Shown: piece after piece, positions 10,975 to 22,833 of the stretch
How positions within the stretch are numbered: the stretch's first letter is position 1
How the letters are laid out: each line of letters begins with the position of its first letter
From: Histomonas meleagridis 2922-C6/04-290x
Taxonomy: Eukaryota; Protista; Parabasalia
Assembly: GCA_020184695.1 (NCBI GenBank)
Contig: JAANOX010000039.1
Coordinates: 14,912 to 78,911 of the forward strand
Reading direction: 5' to 3'
Length of the DNA stretch: 64,000 bases
Notes under the pieces: generated by a model
The model's input: the letters and a program-made list of their open reading frames with translations, nothing else
What the model was told of the DNA's origin: nothing
The model's database searches: none
Translations under genes and position numbers: made by a program

Positions 10975-11070
10975 TATATATACGCCAATTGGCGTTGCAA
11001 ATCCTGAAATTTATGTATCGGTTATTCAAAATTCTATCGTAAAGTGTGATATCACTTTTCACATCACAAT

Positions 11071-11075
11071 TCATA
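11071..11075 (+). promoter_or_regulatory. Initiator-like TCATA upstream of the Hsp70-like ATG at 11084
   Basis: Matches the parabasalid Inr TCA(T/C)(T/A), about 10 nt before an in-frame ATG. Confidence 0.45.
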
Positions 11076-11083
11076 CAACAAAA

Positions 11084-13321
11084 ATGAAAACAAATAATTC
11101 AAATTTAATTGTTGGTCTTGACTTTGGTACAACATGTTCTTCTATTGCTATTAAAAACAGTGAACATAATGAAATAAACCAAAATCCATTCAGCAGTAAA
11201 ACAATTCCATCTTATATTTTATTTAGTGATTCTGAACTCACAGGTTCAGAAGCAAAAAATCAAGCGGAAAGTACTGCTAGTAACACCATTTTTGATGTAA
11301 AGCGTTTGCTTGGAATAAAATACAGCGATCTTAAATTACATGAAGATATATCTAAATGGCCATTCAAAGTTATTGAATCAAGGGAAGGTACCCCACAGAT
11401 TGAGGTTGAATTTGGTACAGAAAAAAAATTATTATCACCTGAGCAAATCTCATCCAAAATCATAAAAGGACTTAAATTGGAGCTCGAGAAAGAACTTAAT
11501 TCCACAATTACAGAAGCTGTTATCACTGTACCAGCATGCTTTCATAATTCACAACGACAAGCATTAATTAAATCATGTCAACTTGCAGGTCTTAAAGTTT
11601 TACGTGCCATTAATGGTCCAACATCAGCAGCCATACGCTATGGCTTTAATAATAAGATAAGATCAGAGAATGTTTTAGTATATGATTTTGGTGGCAGTAA
11701 ATTTGATGTCTCAATAATCAAAATCGAAAGCAACAAATACACTGTTTTAGCCACTGATGGTATATCTGATTTAGGCGGAGAAAGCATTGATAATAATATA
11801 ATTAAATATATTTCACAGAAAATATATGATGAATGTAAAATTGATATCCATAAAAATGTAATTTTACTGAATCGAATTCGAATGATTTGTGAAAAAGCTA
11901 AAAATAATTTATCGCATTATGAAAACACTACAATTGATTGTTCACAAGCCGATATTCAATTAAATAATCAAATATTTCAATTGAGAAGGGAAGAATTTAA
12001 TCAAATGAACGAAGAAATTTTCGAAGCAACAATAAGAAAATGTCATAAAGTTCTTGACGATGTAAAAATGCAACCGAAAGATATTAGTCGAATTATTCTT
12101 GTAGGCAATTCAACTAAGATTCCATATATTCGTGAAAAGTTAAAAAAGATGTTCCAGAATGTTTTGTTAGGATGTAATGTTGTTGAAGGAGCAGCAATTA
12201 TAGCAAAGATGATATCTGACTCCAGAAAAAAAGGCATTAAAGAACAAATAATAATTAATGACATTGTTACACATCCTTTCAGTATTTATGTTGATTCTAA
12301 GAAGACTATTATTCCATATAAAACACAATTTCCATTTAAAAACACAATCGTTTATTTAGCACAAGATAATAAAGAAATTTTAGCACAAATTTTTGAAGAT
12401 GATAATGTTATTAAAGAACTTCATATTAAAGGAATTCCTTATTTAAAAAATGAAAAAAGAAAAATTTCATTTACATTTGAAGTTGATGAAAATGGAATTT
12501 TTTCATATTCTTGTGTACAGAACAATGAAAAAGTTAATGAAGATGAAACTCCATTAAACACTTTAACATCGAACAATGAACAATTTGACATAAATAATCA
12601 AAAAGAATATGTGAAGCATGATGATGATACAAAAGAATTAAATGATTATATAAATGAAGCTTATCAGGAAGTCGAAAATAGTGAGTAATCAGAAGAAGAT
12701 CAAGAGAAAATGAGAAAAGAAATCGACAATATCAGAGTTTGGTATAAAGACGATAGTAATGATCACAACCCAGAAGCAATTAAAGGCAAGCGTGCTGAGC
12801 TAAAAACGAAAATTGAAAGGATAAAAGATGATAAACGCGCGTTTGCTTTTAGTAACTTAATACCAAAATATAAACAAGAAGCATTGAATATACTGAAAGA
12901 AGCTGAAAAATGGCTGAAAGAAAACAATGGCGCTGACATAGAATTAATTAAAATAATGAAAAATAAAACAAAAGCAAAAGTCGAAGAATTACTTAAGTTA
13001 CAAGAACAAATCGTTAAAGAAACCAATGAAATTAATGAATATATTACACAAACGTTAAAATTAATCGATGAAAATTATGATAAAGATAAAATAAATATTA
13101 AAGAAATTATCAAAATAATTGATAATGCAAGAAAATGGATAAACAATGAAAATAATCATGAAAATTTGGAACTAATTGTAGAAATGAAGAACAAATTAAA
13201 ACAAAAAGTAGAAGAATTGATTAGCAAACAAGAGGAAATTGATGAATTTGATGAATATATTCAAACTATGAAATCGATATTAGTGGCGGAAAATAAAAGT
13301 AAAAGTAAAAGTAAACCCTGA
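11084..13321 (+). pseudogene. Divergent Hsp70-family gene split by one in-frame TAA (12686-12688)
   Basis: GLDFGTT, DVKRLLG, AVITVPA and YDFGG motifs. ORF 12710-13321 is in the same frame and resembles repeated Hsp70 lid helices. The track start at 10907 lies inside the Tc1 element. Confidence 0.7.
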
Positions 13322-13960
13322 GCCAGAAAATGAATTCAAATTTCCACAATAAAAAAGTTTTTTTTTATTCCATTTGGTATCAAATTTTACTGTCTTTACG
13401 AAATTCGGACAGTAACTGTTGAAAATACTTGGAATATATATAAAAGATTTTGTAAAAACATATTCTTTATTAAAAAATTAACTAAGTGTTTTTGTCATTA
13501 TCATTCGTTTAGTTCTTATTACAAGAATATTTAAATATAAAATTGTGAATGCTTTGTATGGATCAGAAAATGACTGAAAATAAATGATATAATGTAAAAA
13601 AAAAGTTTAAAAAAGAAAATGAATAAAAAAATTATCTCTTTATTGACAAATTAATATGCAAATATAGTTTCACTTAATAGAATTCATGTAGGTAATTTAT
13701 CTATTTAGAAATGATGCTTTCAAATAAAAATTTAAAGTGACTTTCAATTTTGTGTCTTGTGTATAGATAGCGCATGAGAAAATAAGATTCCTGTGTATGA
13801 AAATTTTCGGCCAATATTTAAAAAATCCTTTTATAAAATCAACCTCAAATCATAAATACCACAAAAAGTCACATGTATTTCGAATGAAGAATAATTTGCG
13901 AATTGATTTTATTTTGTTGAAAACGATGCACCAAAAATGACACTTTTTCCATAATCGATT

Positions 13961-14374
13961 ATGAGCCTCGACCCAGCAACAATAAACTCGATTGTTGAAG
14001 CACAACTTGCAGCATGCAAAGGCCAGGAAAAAATAACACTTGTAATAACTGGTCACCAAGACGACGCTGCTGAGAAAGCAACATTCTTCAATATTCAAGC
14101 AAAGAAATACGACACTTCAGGTGCTGTGGTCAAAACTGCTGAAAGTAGATATAGGTATTCACAGCTTTTCGATTTCAATGAACGCCTTATTTTTAATTAT
14201 GGTAATATTAGAATGCTCCGAGTTTTCCCGCCAAAGAAATGGGTTGGTAACAAGGCCTTGGATTTTGTTACACAAAGGCAAGAAGCTCTCCAAAAGTGGT
14301 TAAATGAATTAGTTGAAGACGAAGAAACATGTGCAGATCCAATTATATTGAAGTTTTTCAACTTAATTGAATAA
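13961..14374 (+). CDS. Small PX-domain protein
   Basis: RYRYSQLFDFNERL, FPPKKW, QRQEALQKWLNEL and IILKFF are PX-domain motifs. Confidence 0.85.
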   Translation: MSLDPATINSIVEAQLAACKGQEKITLVITGHQDDAAEKATFFNIQAKKYDTSGAVVKTAESRYRYSQLFDFNERLIFNYGNIRMLRVFPPKKWVGNKALDFVTQRQEALQKWLNELVEDEETCADPIILKFFNLIE

Positions 14375-14771
14375 ACAAACAGCAACAATTATTCATTTCA
14401 ATAATTTTAAACACTAGTCCTTAGCCTTTATACTCAAAATTAAAATCTTAATAATTATTTAAATAACTTAAGTGTACCGATTTTGCAAATTTATTCCTTA
14501 GCCTAACCTTCTTAATTGGTTTGATTCAAAAAATGTTCGTATTTACAAATTTGAATTCTTAAAATTTAACAGATGTCTAAGAGTTTCCCGAAATCAAATT
14601 ATATTTTAATGATTTTTTTTATTGTTATATAACTTTTAACAACTATAATATGATTTGACCAACCGATTGTGAATGTTGTATTATAAAGTTTTTGTGGTTC
14701 AGATGAACTTTTTTGACAATAGTCTGTTCAAATAACTTTTTGATATGAAAGTGTAACTAACAAACAGACAA

Positions 14772-17070
14772 ATGAATGAAGTCAACTTCCTGGGTAACAT
14801 TCAAAAAACAATATGGGAATTAAATGAAGAAAATATTGATGAAAGCATTGAAACAATAAAAACTTTATATGATTCTAATTTTCCAATTTCTTTCAATCAA
14901 GTTCTAATGCATTTTATTTATTCAAGCATAGAATCACAAAAAAATGACTTAAACATTTATTTTGAATTTATAAAAAGACTTCAAACACCAAATGATCAAT
15001 TTATAGATATTTTTTCACACTTTCTTCTACATATTTATACACAAGAATCTAATTATCTTCTAGAAAAGTTAATTGAAAATGATTTTATTAAACCTAATAT
15101 TATTCGAAACAGAAAATCATTATATTTTGCACATTATAAATCCATTAACGAAATCAATAAACTAATTGAAAATTTAAGTACTCCATTCAACACAGAGTTT
15201 CATGAAGGCATTAAAGAACTATCAAATAATGATTGGGAACTTCATAAGATACATGTTAACGAGGGACATAATCCAAATGAACTTGCAATAATAATTAGAA
15301 ATGACGAAGTTGAAAAACTTCAAAAATTGTCTTCACAAACAAATTTTGATTTTGATCAAAAAATAGAACCATCACTTTATGAAAGATGTGACTTTATAAA
15401 TAAAGAAAATGTATCATTAATTGATTATGCAGCATTTTTTTCTGCTGTTAAATGTTTTAAATATTTACTTATGAATGGTGCTGATATTATTCATACATTT
15501 AAATATGCAATTGCAGGTGGAAATATCGAAATCATTCATTTATGTGAACAAAATCATTCGTTTTATGAAAGATCAATGAAAGCAGCAATTAAATTCCATC
15601 AAAATGATATCTTTCATTATATTCATGAAAATAATTTCGAAGTTAATAATTTGGAAGATTTAATAATGGAAAGTATTGTATCTGATAACTATGAAATTTT
15701 ATCGTTTTTGGAAGGAAAAGGAAGAAAAGTCAATAATTCTTTGATCAATTATTTAACAGAAAATGGTAATATCTTTCTTTTAAAACATTTTCTTGAAGGA
15801 AATGATTTACCAAAAGACATTTTAATTACAGCAGTAAAATCAAGAAACATTGAAATTGTTAAATATATTCTTGATCAAAGAGGAATTTATATGAATGTTA
15901 TTGATATTTTTTTAGTGTAATTAAAATTTATCTCGTGATAATGATATCTCATTTTTGATTATAAAATTTTATACATATATTTAATACCTTATTTCTAATT
16001 GCTTGTCAAGAAGGATGTTTTGAAATTGTTAAATTCCTTATTAGAAAAAAATGTGGTAGTATAAATGATGTTAATGTTTTTTTAATGAATTTGATATTAA
16101 ATATATAATTTTTCTTGTTTAAAATGCATATTTGGAATTCGTTTGAAATGTTTTATAATGGGTTTTTATTAGCATCACAAAATGGTCATGAAAAAATTGT
16201 TGAATTCCTTCTTCAAAAAGGTAAATTTGATATTAACAATTATAAAACCATTTATTTATATTTCTTAAAGTCAATTTTCCTTTAACAAAGTTTTACATTA
16301 CATTTTTGGTGTTATTTTTTCTTGTTTTGGACTGCATTAATGGAAGCATCATATTATGGTCATGTTAAAGTCGTCAAACTGTTACTCAAACAAAAAAAAT
16401 TGATGTTAATATTATTGAATTTTGTTTCTTAGATTTAATATTAATTTTAATCATATAAAATTTCAAAATATTATTTGGATTACAACATTATACAGCATTA
16501 ATGCTTGCATCTCAAAATGGCCATACTGATATTGTTAAATTACTTCTTAAGAAAAAAGGAATTAATATCAATACTAAAGATATTTTATTGTTATATTTAG
16601 AATTAATTTTAATAATTTCAATATATCATCATATTATATTCGGAATTTATTTAAATTATTTGAAACATCACTAATGGATGCATCTCGTTTTGGTTACACA
16701 GAAATAGTTAAATTGTTTCTTGCACAAAAAGGAATTGATATCAATGCTAAAGATATTTAATCATTTTATTTAAATTTAATTTTTAAAATTTAGTATTTAA
16801 ATAAAATATTTGGAAATTATTTTAACCACATAGGACAGCACTTATGTTTGCATCTGAAAATGGTCATATTAAAATCGTTAAATCACTTCTTGAACAAAAA
16901 GGAATTGATATCAATATTAAAGATATTTAAATATTTTGTTTAATATTTCTTTCATTCATTTAATATATCAAAATATTATGTGGAGTTGATTCAAACCATT
17001 TCATACAGCACTTATATATGCATCTAGAAATTCACATGGGGAAATAATAGATTTACTTCAAAAATATTAA
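14772..17070 (+). CDS. DUF3447/ankyrin-repeat gene, locus 2, with seven spacer-interrupted repeats
   Basis: Intact 382-aa N-terminal ORF. Ankyrin blocks resume at 15986, 16157, 16331, 16492, 16665, 16835 and 17005, ending at TAA 17068-70. One apparent 1-nt deletion in the A-run at 16392-99. Confidence 0.7.
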
Positions 17071-17242
17071 TATCTAATACAGTAAAGAAGATCCATTTAT
17101 AGAAAATTTTTTTTATATACACTTAATTTTTAAATGCAAAATACGAAAATATAAGTAACTAAAACATGAAACAGATGTTCATAATCATTTGGTATTTTCA
17201 TTATGTATTGCATATTTACGACCGTTTAATTTCAGCAAATTT

Positions 17243-18790
17243 ATGTCTGATAATTCTCAACATGTTGAGATAAACTTTGATATCACATCAATTGAGTTTC
17301 CACGAGCTATGCCTTCGGTTCTTCTAATTGCTTGGAAATGTGGTTCACTTCAAGGAAAAACAAATGGAATAAAGACAAATGCACTTCTTAAACAACTTAA
17401 TGAACATTTTACAATAAGCCCAAATGAACTAACAACAAGTGAAATTAATATAGCTCTACATTCTAAATCTATTAATGGTTCTATCTTTCATGTAGGAAGA
17501 AGTACAATCAAAATTCCAACCAAATATACTATAGATAAACCCATAGAGAAACCATTTCCAATCGAAACAAAATTAGGCACGTTTACAGTTACAGTTGCTT
17601 TTTCTCTTAAACAAATCGATGGAGAAATAAATGATAATTCAATATTGCTTCAAAAAATATCTGACGTAACATTGTACTGCGAACTCGTCCAAAAAATTCC
17701 TGTTTTTGTTGATCCTCAAACAGCCAATTCAGAATTTTATCATCCCAACCTTATTCCAAAATACATAACAACATTAAACACAAAAAATCCTCAACAAAGC
17801 ACAGAACTCCAAGCGTCCCTTACGATCTTGGAGTCCAAAGTTCGGCTTTCATCAAATATATCAACATTAATTCGGGAAGTTGGGATGCAGCTTATGACAT
17901 TAGAGCCTTCTTTTATCACCAATGATCTTAGAATTATCCAAGATCACACGATTCTCAAGGAAACCACAGATAAAGTACCACTTGTATCTATTTATATCGT
18001 AAAGTTCATTGAGAAGTATATAGCGCTTGGCCATCCGATTAAAGAAATAGAAGATCCATTAGTTGAAGTATTTTCGATGTTTTGCGAAATAACACTCAAC
18101 AAAAAAGTGACAAAAGATTGGATAGTTTACCTGCTATCGGCCAACATGTTTTTGTATGCATATTTCAAGAAATATTTTTCCAATGAGCTTAGTGGTGTTA
18201 TAGCAATCATACCAACAACACTTCACGTTATAATAACAGAGTTTGTTAAAGTTCTAAGAAATGAAATTACGACCAAACTTAAATTTCCGTCAAATCTTAA
18301 ATTTTATCTTAAGCAAACAAAATCCTTATGCTTGTTGAACTGTATGCAAATCGGAGTTTGGAATATCATTCAAGATTTTTTGTTTGATGCAATGGATTTT
18401 CTTTTAGCAAAGAAATGTGTAATTGAAGAGAGTGTGCCATTTCCAGATTTCCAGAAGTATTATGATGAGATTCCCGAATGCACTTGGAGTTTTTTAAGGG
18501 ATGTTAATTTCATTGTGACAAATGCTAAGAAAATTTACAATAAAACGATAAAAATTTCGGGGCACCTTAACCCATGCTTAACGGGCGAATGGCTGTTTCT
18601 GGTTATGAAAAAAGTGTCGGAATTCCAAAGACTCAAATTCAACCAGACCTCACTCAAAAAAATTGTGAGAAAAGACGTGGTAGCACCTGAAATAAAAGAT
18701 ATCGACGAATGGGAACATAGCACCAACTTTTTTGCTTCATACGTATTGCCAGATGTTATCCCGGGCTATCAAATTACAAATTTACTGTGA
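17243..18790 (+). CDS. Protein with NT-C2-like N-terminus and helical, possibly Dilute-like, C-terminus
   Basis: Long ORF. N-terminal beta-rich segment (FDITSIEF...LLIAWKCG...LNEHFTI) resembles EEIG1/EHBP1 NT-C2. Domain call tentative; track start is 17189. Confidence 0.5.
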   Translation: MSDNSQHVEINFDITSIEFPRAMPSVLLIAWKCGSLQGKTNGIKTNALLKQLNEHFTISPNELTTSEINIALHSKSINGSIFHVGRSTIKIPTKYTIDKPIEKPFPIETKLGTFTVTVAFSLKQIDGEINDNSILLQKISDVTLYCELVQKIPVFVDPQTANSEFYHPNLIPKYITTLNTKNPQQSTELQASLTILESKVRLSSNISTLIREVGMQLMTLEPSFITNDLRIIQDHTILKETTDKVPLVSIYIVKFIEKYIALGHPIKEIEDPLVEVFSMFCEITLNKKVTKDWIVYLLSANMFLYAYFKKYFSNELSGVIAIIPTTLHVIITEFVKVLRNEITTKLKFPSNLKFYLKQTKSLCLLNCMQIGVWNIIQDFLFDAMDFLLAKKCVIEESVPFPDFQKYYDEIPECTWSFLRDVNFIVTNAKKIYNKTIKISGHLNPCLTGEWLFLVMKKVSEFQRLKFNQTSLKKIVRKDVVAPEIKDIDEWEHSTNFFASYVLPDVIPGYQITNLL

Positions 18791-19207
18791 ATATATTAAA
18801 TAAAACGATTTTTTGTAATTTAACCTTTATTTTCTTTTTTTCTTCTATCAAAATACAAAAAATTCCTAAGTAGCAAAAAAATATAAAAAACATTAATTAG
18901 ATTATGAAGAAACATTTATCACATTTATATATTAAAAATTTTTTTATGATTATGTTATAAATTCAATATTTTTATTCCTCTGAGTCTAAGATTTTATATT
19001 CTACCTAAAGTAAATTATGGAAGAGCTGTGTTACTACTGAGATAATTTGCAGGATGTTTTTTACCCTCACAGACAGTTAACCGGGGTACTCCTCAAAGTT
19101 TGAGATGAATAATTTTTTGCCATTATTTTATTCTCAAATAAAAAAATATTCAGAGCTTTGTGAATTTGGCAATAACCAATTCAAATACAGTTTCTCAAAT
19201 CGCCAAG

Positions 19208-22200
19208 ATGTCAAGCAAAAAACAAAAATCTTACTTTTTCTATTTAACAAGTAGTGATCTCCAACATTATAGCAAAAACATCTGGAATCCATTTTCGAAC
19301 GACACAGCTGATAATTTTTTGGATACATTTAAAGATCGTTTGATTTTTGAAAATGCAAGCTTGATAAAAGGCGTAGTGTACATTGATAGCACATTCACAT
19401 TTCATTTACCTCCCAAAGTTATACCACTTCAACTCTTTCCACAATTAAAATATGAGTTAAAAGTCAAAACTAATGATGATGGGTCACTTGCTGAAGAAAC
19501 TGTTCAAGATAAATCATGTATAACATTGGTTGATGGTGGTTCAGAACTTTATCAACGCATTACAATTAAATTCCAACATCTTCATGACCAATTAGGCCCA
19601 ATTATTGCTCAAATTCCATTTGTCCCAGATGGAGACAACATTGTTAGTGCTATTAAGCGTTACATTGGCGATCAAACATGGGAAACTCAATTTTTTTATT
19701 TATCTTCAGTTTTAAATTTACCTTTTGAATCCGTCATTCTTCGTTATTCAGATGATTCTAATAACACGATAATCTTTCCGTTTACTAAGATTGTTGATAT
19801 TCTTGAATTATTTTTCAATTCTGATGGAACTTGTTATAATCCTCATGGAGAATTTAAATATGATATATCATACACTCCAGGTCCAACACCAACAGTTTTT
19901 TCAACACTTCATTTAGATGATCCTTCCAATAAAATGAAGGAATTTTCAGCATCACTTCTTCAACGAATTTCTTCAGTTCCTCCATCCAAATACATCAGTT
20001 CCATTCTTGAAGAACTCCGTTTATTTTTTGATCGAAATGAATTACCACTTGACGTTTATGTTATTGAATCACTTAAAGATGCAATTTACCGAACTTTACC
20101 ATATCCCTTTATTAATTATTTGTCTCGTTTCTTGCTTATTGATAAGCGAACCAATTACCAATGGCATCAAATCGATCGTCAAATTATAACCGATTACACA
20201 CCTGTAAACGACGATATCACCGATAAAAACAGTTTGATTGAATTTTTGATAGCAATTTGTCTTGGCAAATGGAGCCGTTTACCGTGTGATATCGTTGATC
20301 GTTTTCATAATGCATTAAATGCGTTTAGACAACAAACAAATCCTCAAAACAAGATGTTTTTCGGGTATATTGTCTATTCACATTTCGTAAATTTACAAGG
20401 ACAAAGTTATACCATAATCTTAACAAGATCATTTATCCATTTATTTAACTTTACTCCAAAGAAAACTGATTCACATGAAGTCCTCCCTGAGACTTATAAT
20501 TTTATTTGTGGTAACAAGACTCCATTATTATATGGTGCACCAATTCAATGCGTAAAGTTTACACAAGTCGAGCCAGGGAAGTCAATTGGAATCTTATCAA
20601 CACCACAAGGCTATTTCACCATTGATTTTGGGCCTGTTGAAGCTTTATATGATTTTTGGCTCATGTTGGAGATCTGTCAAAATGAAACAAATCAACCAAT
20701 CATACAGCCACAAATCCCCGACCTACATATTTCAATCACATTTCCAAACATTGAACCTATTGGCAAACATATTAATGCTGACATTGAAGCTGGTCAAGAT
20801 AAGTGGTCAATATCATATCCATTCTTTAAGTTTGCGCATTTCATCGATGATATTTACAATAGGCTCATTAAGTTCCAAATTTTGATGCCATTATATACAC
20901 CAATGAAATTGAAGAATTGGATGTTTAACGATCAATCATTTGAATGCATGAAAAACAAATATTTGTTATCAACGATTGGCGAATATTTATCCATTGATAA
21001 TAAATTTGAAAATTTCGAAGAATTACAATCACAAATTATGTATTCGATGTGTATTGAACTGGCAACAAATCCAATTAAATTTGATCAATTTCGTTTCTTT
21101 ATATTGTTAGGAATTACTGATTTTAATAAGGCCATTACTAACAACAGCTTAACATTATTTAATTGGCAATTGAAAAATTTCGGTTCGTTAATTACAAGTT
21201 ATAAAATTGAGGGCACCCCATTTTTACACTTTTCGGCGATGTTTATTGACAATTTAGAAATATTACAGTCGATCATTAACCGCTACGATATCAATGAAAC
21301 CGACGACGATAAGCGTACGGCACTTTTCTATTCAATTCGAAGTCCAACGTTTAATTCCACACAAATGTTATTTGAAAAAGGGATTGATCCATATTTTCCA
21401 GACAACAATTTAGAGACTCCATTTTGTGAAGCAGTTGATCATAAGCTTACAGAGAAGACCATTTTTCTTATACGTAATTTCAAGAATTCCCATATGCAAT
21501 CACTAGTTTATTGTTTAGAGACCAAAAACTTTGAGTTATTTAACAAGCTCTTAAAATATTGTCCATCATATTCCTTAAATAGTAAGTCCATCAATGGCTC
21601 ATATCTAATACACGTCTTAATCAAGAAGAAAGCGATTGAACAATTATATTTATTATCACAACGATGTCCGGAATTTGACCCTAATTTATATAGTGACAAA
21701 TATCCACATGCAGTTCATTTCTATTTCGATATCAGTTCTAAGACTAAAGACTTTAATTTAGAACTATTTAATGCATTGTTATCATTACCGAATTTGGACT
21801 TAAACATTCGAAATGATAAAAACGAAACACCTCTTTGCCGATGTTTACAATATAACAACGTAAACATATTCCAAAGATTAGTATCTGACCCACGTTGTGA
21901 CTTAGATCTCCAAAATGAAAATAACCAGTCTTGTCTATACTTGGCAGTCGAAATGAGAAACGTCGAATTCATTACAATACTTCTGAAAGCTGGAGTTTTA
22001 GTGAATGCTCCGAACAATGACGAAGAGAAAAACACGCCATTGTTTTTGGCCGTGAAGAAAAACGATTTGACAATCATAGAATTGTTGGTGAATTATTCAG
22101 CAAACCCAAATAAATGGTATAACGCAGACGGTAACTTACCACAACACATCGGATCGCCAGAAGTGTTACAAAGAATGAAAGAAAAAGGTTTTCAACAAGT

Positions 22201-22219
22201 GTACGAACAAAGATCCTGA
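19208..22219 (+). CDS. Large protein (about 1000 aa) with uninterrupted C-terminal ankyrin repeats
   Basis: DDDKRTALFYS, NDKNETPLCRC, NENNQSCLYLAV and EEKNTPLFLAV. No spacers occur in these repeats. Confidence 0.8.
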   Translation: MSSKKQKSYFFYLTSSDLQHYSKNIWNPFSNDTADNFLDTFKDRLIFENASLIKGVVYIDSTFTFHLPPKVIPLQLFPQLKYELKVKTNDDGSLAEETVQDKSCITLVDGGSELYQRITIKFQHLHDQLGPIIAQIPFVPDGDNIVSAIKRYIGDQTWETQFFYLSSVLNLPFESVILRYSDDSNNTIIFPFTKIVDILELFFNSDGTCYNPHGEFKYDISYTPGPTPTVFSTLHLDDPSNKMKEFSASLLQRISSVPPSKYISSILEELRLFFDRNELPLDVYVIESLKDAIYRTLPYPFINYLSRFLLIDKRTNYQWHQIDRQIITDYTPVNDDITDKNSLIEFLIAICLGKWSRLPCDIVDRFHNALNAFRQQTNPQNKMFFGYIVYSHFVNLQGQSYTIILTRSFIHLFNFTPKKTDSHEVLPETYNFICGNKTPLLYGAPIQCVKFTQVEPGKSIGILSTPQGYFTIDFGPVEALYDFWLMLEICQNETNQPIIQPQIPDLHISITFPNIEPIGKHINADIEAGQDKWSISYPFFKFAHFIDDIYNRLIKFQILMPLYTPMKLKNWMFNDQSFECMKNKYLLSTIGEYLSIDNKFENFEELQSQIMYSMCIELATNPIKFDQFRFFILLGITDFNKAITNNSLTLFNWQLKNFGSLITSYKIEGTPFLHFSAMFIDNLEILQSIINRYDINETDDDKRTALFYSIRSPTFNSTQMLFEKGIDPYFPDNNLETPFCEAVDHKLTEKTIFLIRNFKNSHMQSLVYCLETKNFELFNKLLKYCPSYSLNSKSINGSYLIHVLIKKKAIEQLYLLSQRCPEFDPNLYSDKYPHAVHFYFDISSKTKDFNLELFNALLSLPNLDLNIRNDKNETPLCRCLQYNNVNIFQRLVSDPRCDLDLQNENNQSCLYLAVEMRNVEFITILLKAGVLVNAPNNDEEKNTPLFLAVKKNDLTIIELLVNYSANPNKWYNADGNLPQHIGSPEVLQRMKEKGFQQVYEQRS

Positions 22220-22416
22220 AATATCGACAAGTTTATTTCTATCGTCTGAGGAAAAATGTTTCTGAGTTCGAAGAGGAAATATCTGTCTAACAAATGTTTT
22301 TTGGGTAAAATCCAAAGGCGCTTAGTAAATATATACAGAAAAAAATGTTTTTGATGGTGATTTTTACAAAAAAGAAAAATTGTTGTTGAAATCGTTCGTG
22401 TCAACGTCAATGAAAC

Positions 22417-22833
22417 CTATGGAAGCTTTTCTTCGTTCATTTGATAGATAAAATCTGGAATGGTTATCTTTTTTAGGAGATCTCCAATTATTGGAATTTT
22501 CTTGAAACTAGATAAAACATATGGAATAAACCCACCAAATAAAATAAACCCGCCAATTAATTGAGATAAACACCCGAAAAAACCACGATTAAAACATATT
22601 AAAATGAAACCAACGACTAAGCAAACAGTTGCTGGAATTCTCTTTTTGGAGAGAAAGAGATGCGCTGATTTTTCTGGTCTTAAAATCATTAAGATTCCAC
22701 CAAAAAATAATAAATTTGAAAAAAGTAAGAAAGTTCGATTAAAATGAATTAACATTGATAAAAAATAAGATGTGACTCCAATACCAGTCATTACAACACC
22801 AATCTTCCTGAAGTTGAATTCGTTTTCTTCCAT
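22417..22833 (-). CDS. GOT1: Got1/GOLT1 vesicle transport protein
   Basis: RKIGVVMTGIG...RTFLLFSNLLFFGG...FGGFIP...KKIPIIG with four TM segments. Confidence 0.85.
   Translation of the reverse strand: MEENEFNFRKIGVVMTGIGVTSYFLSMLIHFNRTFLLFSNLLFFGGILMILRPEKSAHLFLSKKRIPATVCLVVGFILICFNRGFFGCLSQLIGGFILFGGFIPYVLSSFKKIPIIGDLLKKITIPDFIYQMNEEKLP

Noticed and set aside
12686-12688. Genome-wide TAA reassignment to explain in-frame stops
   Set aside because: Conserved genes here (RPS26, CK2 beta, CDS, Sec10) terminate at TAA, and long ORFs contain none internally.
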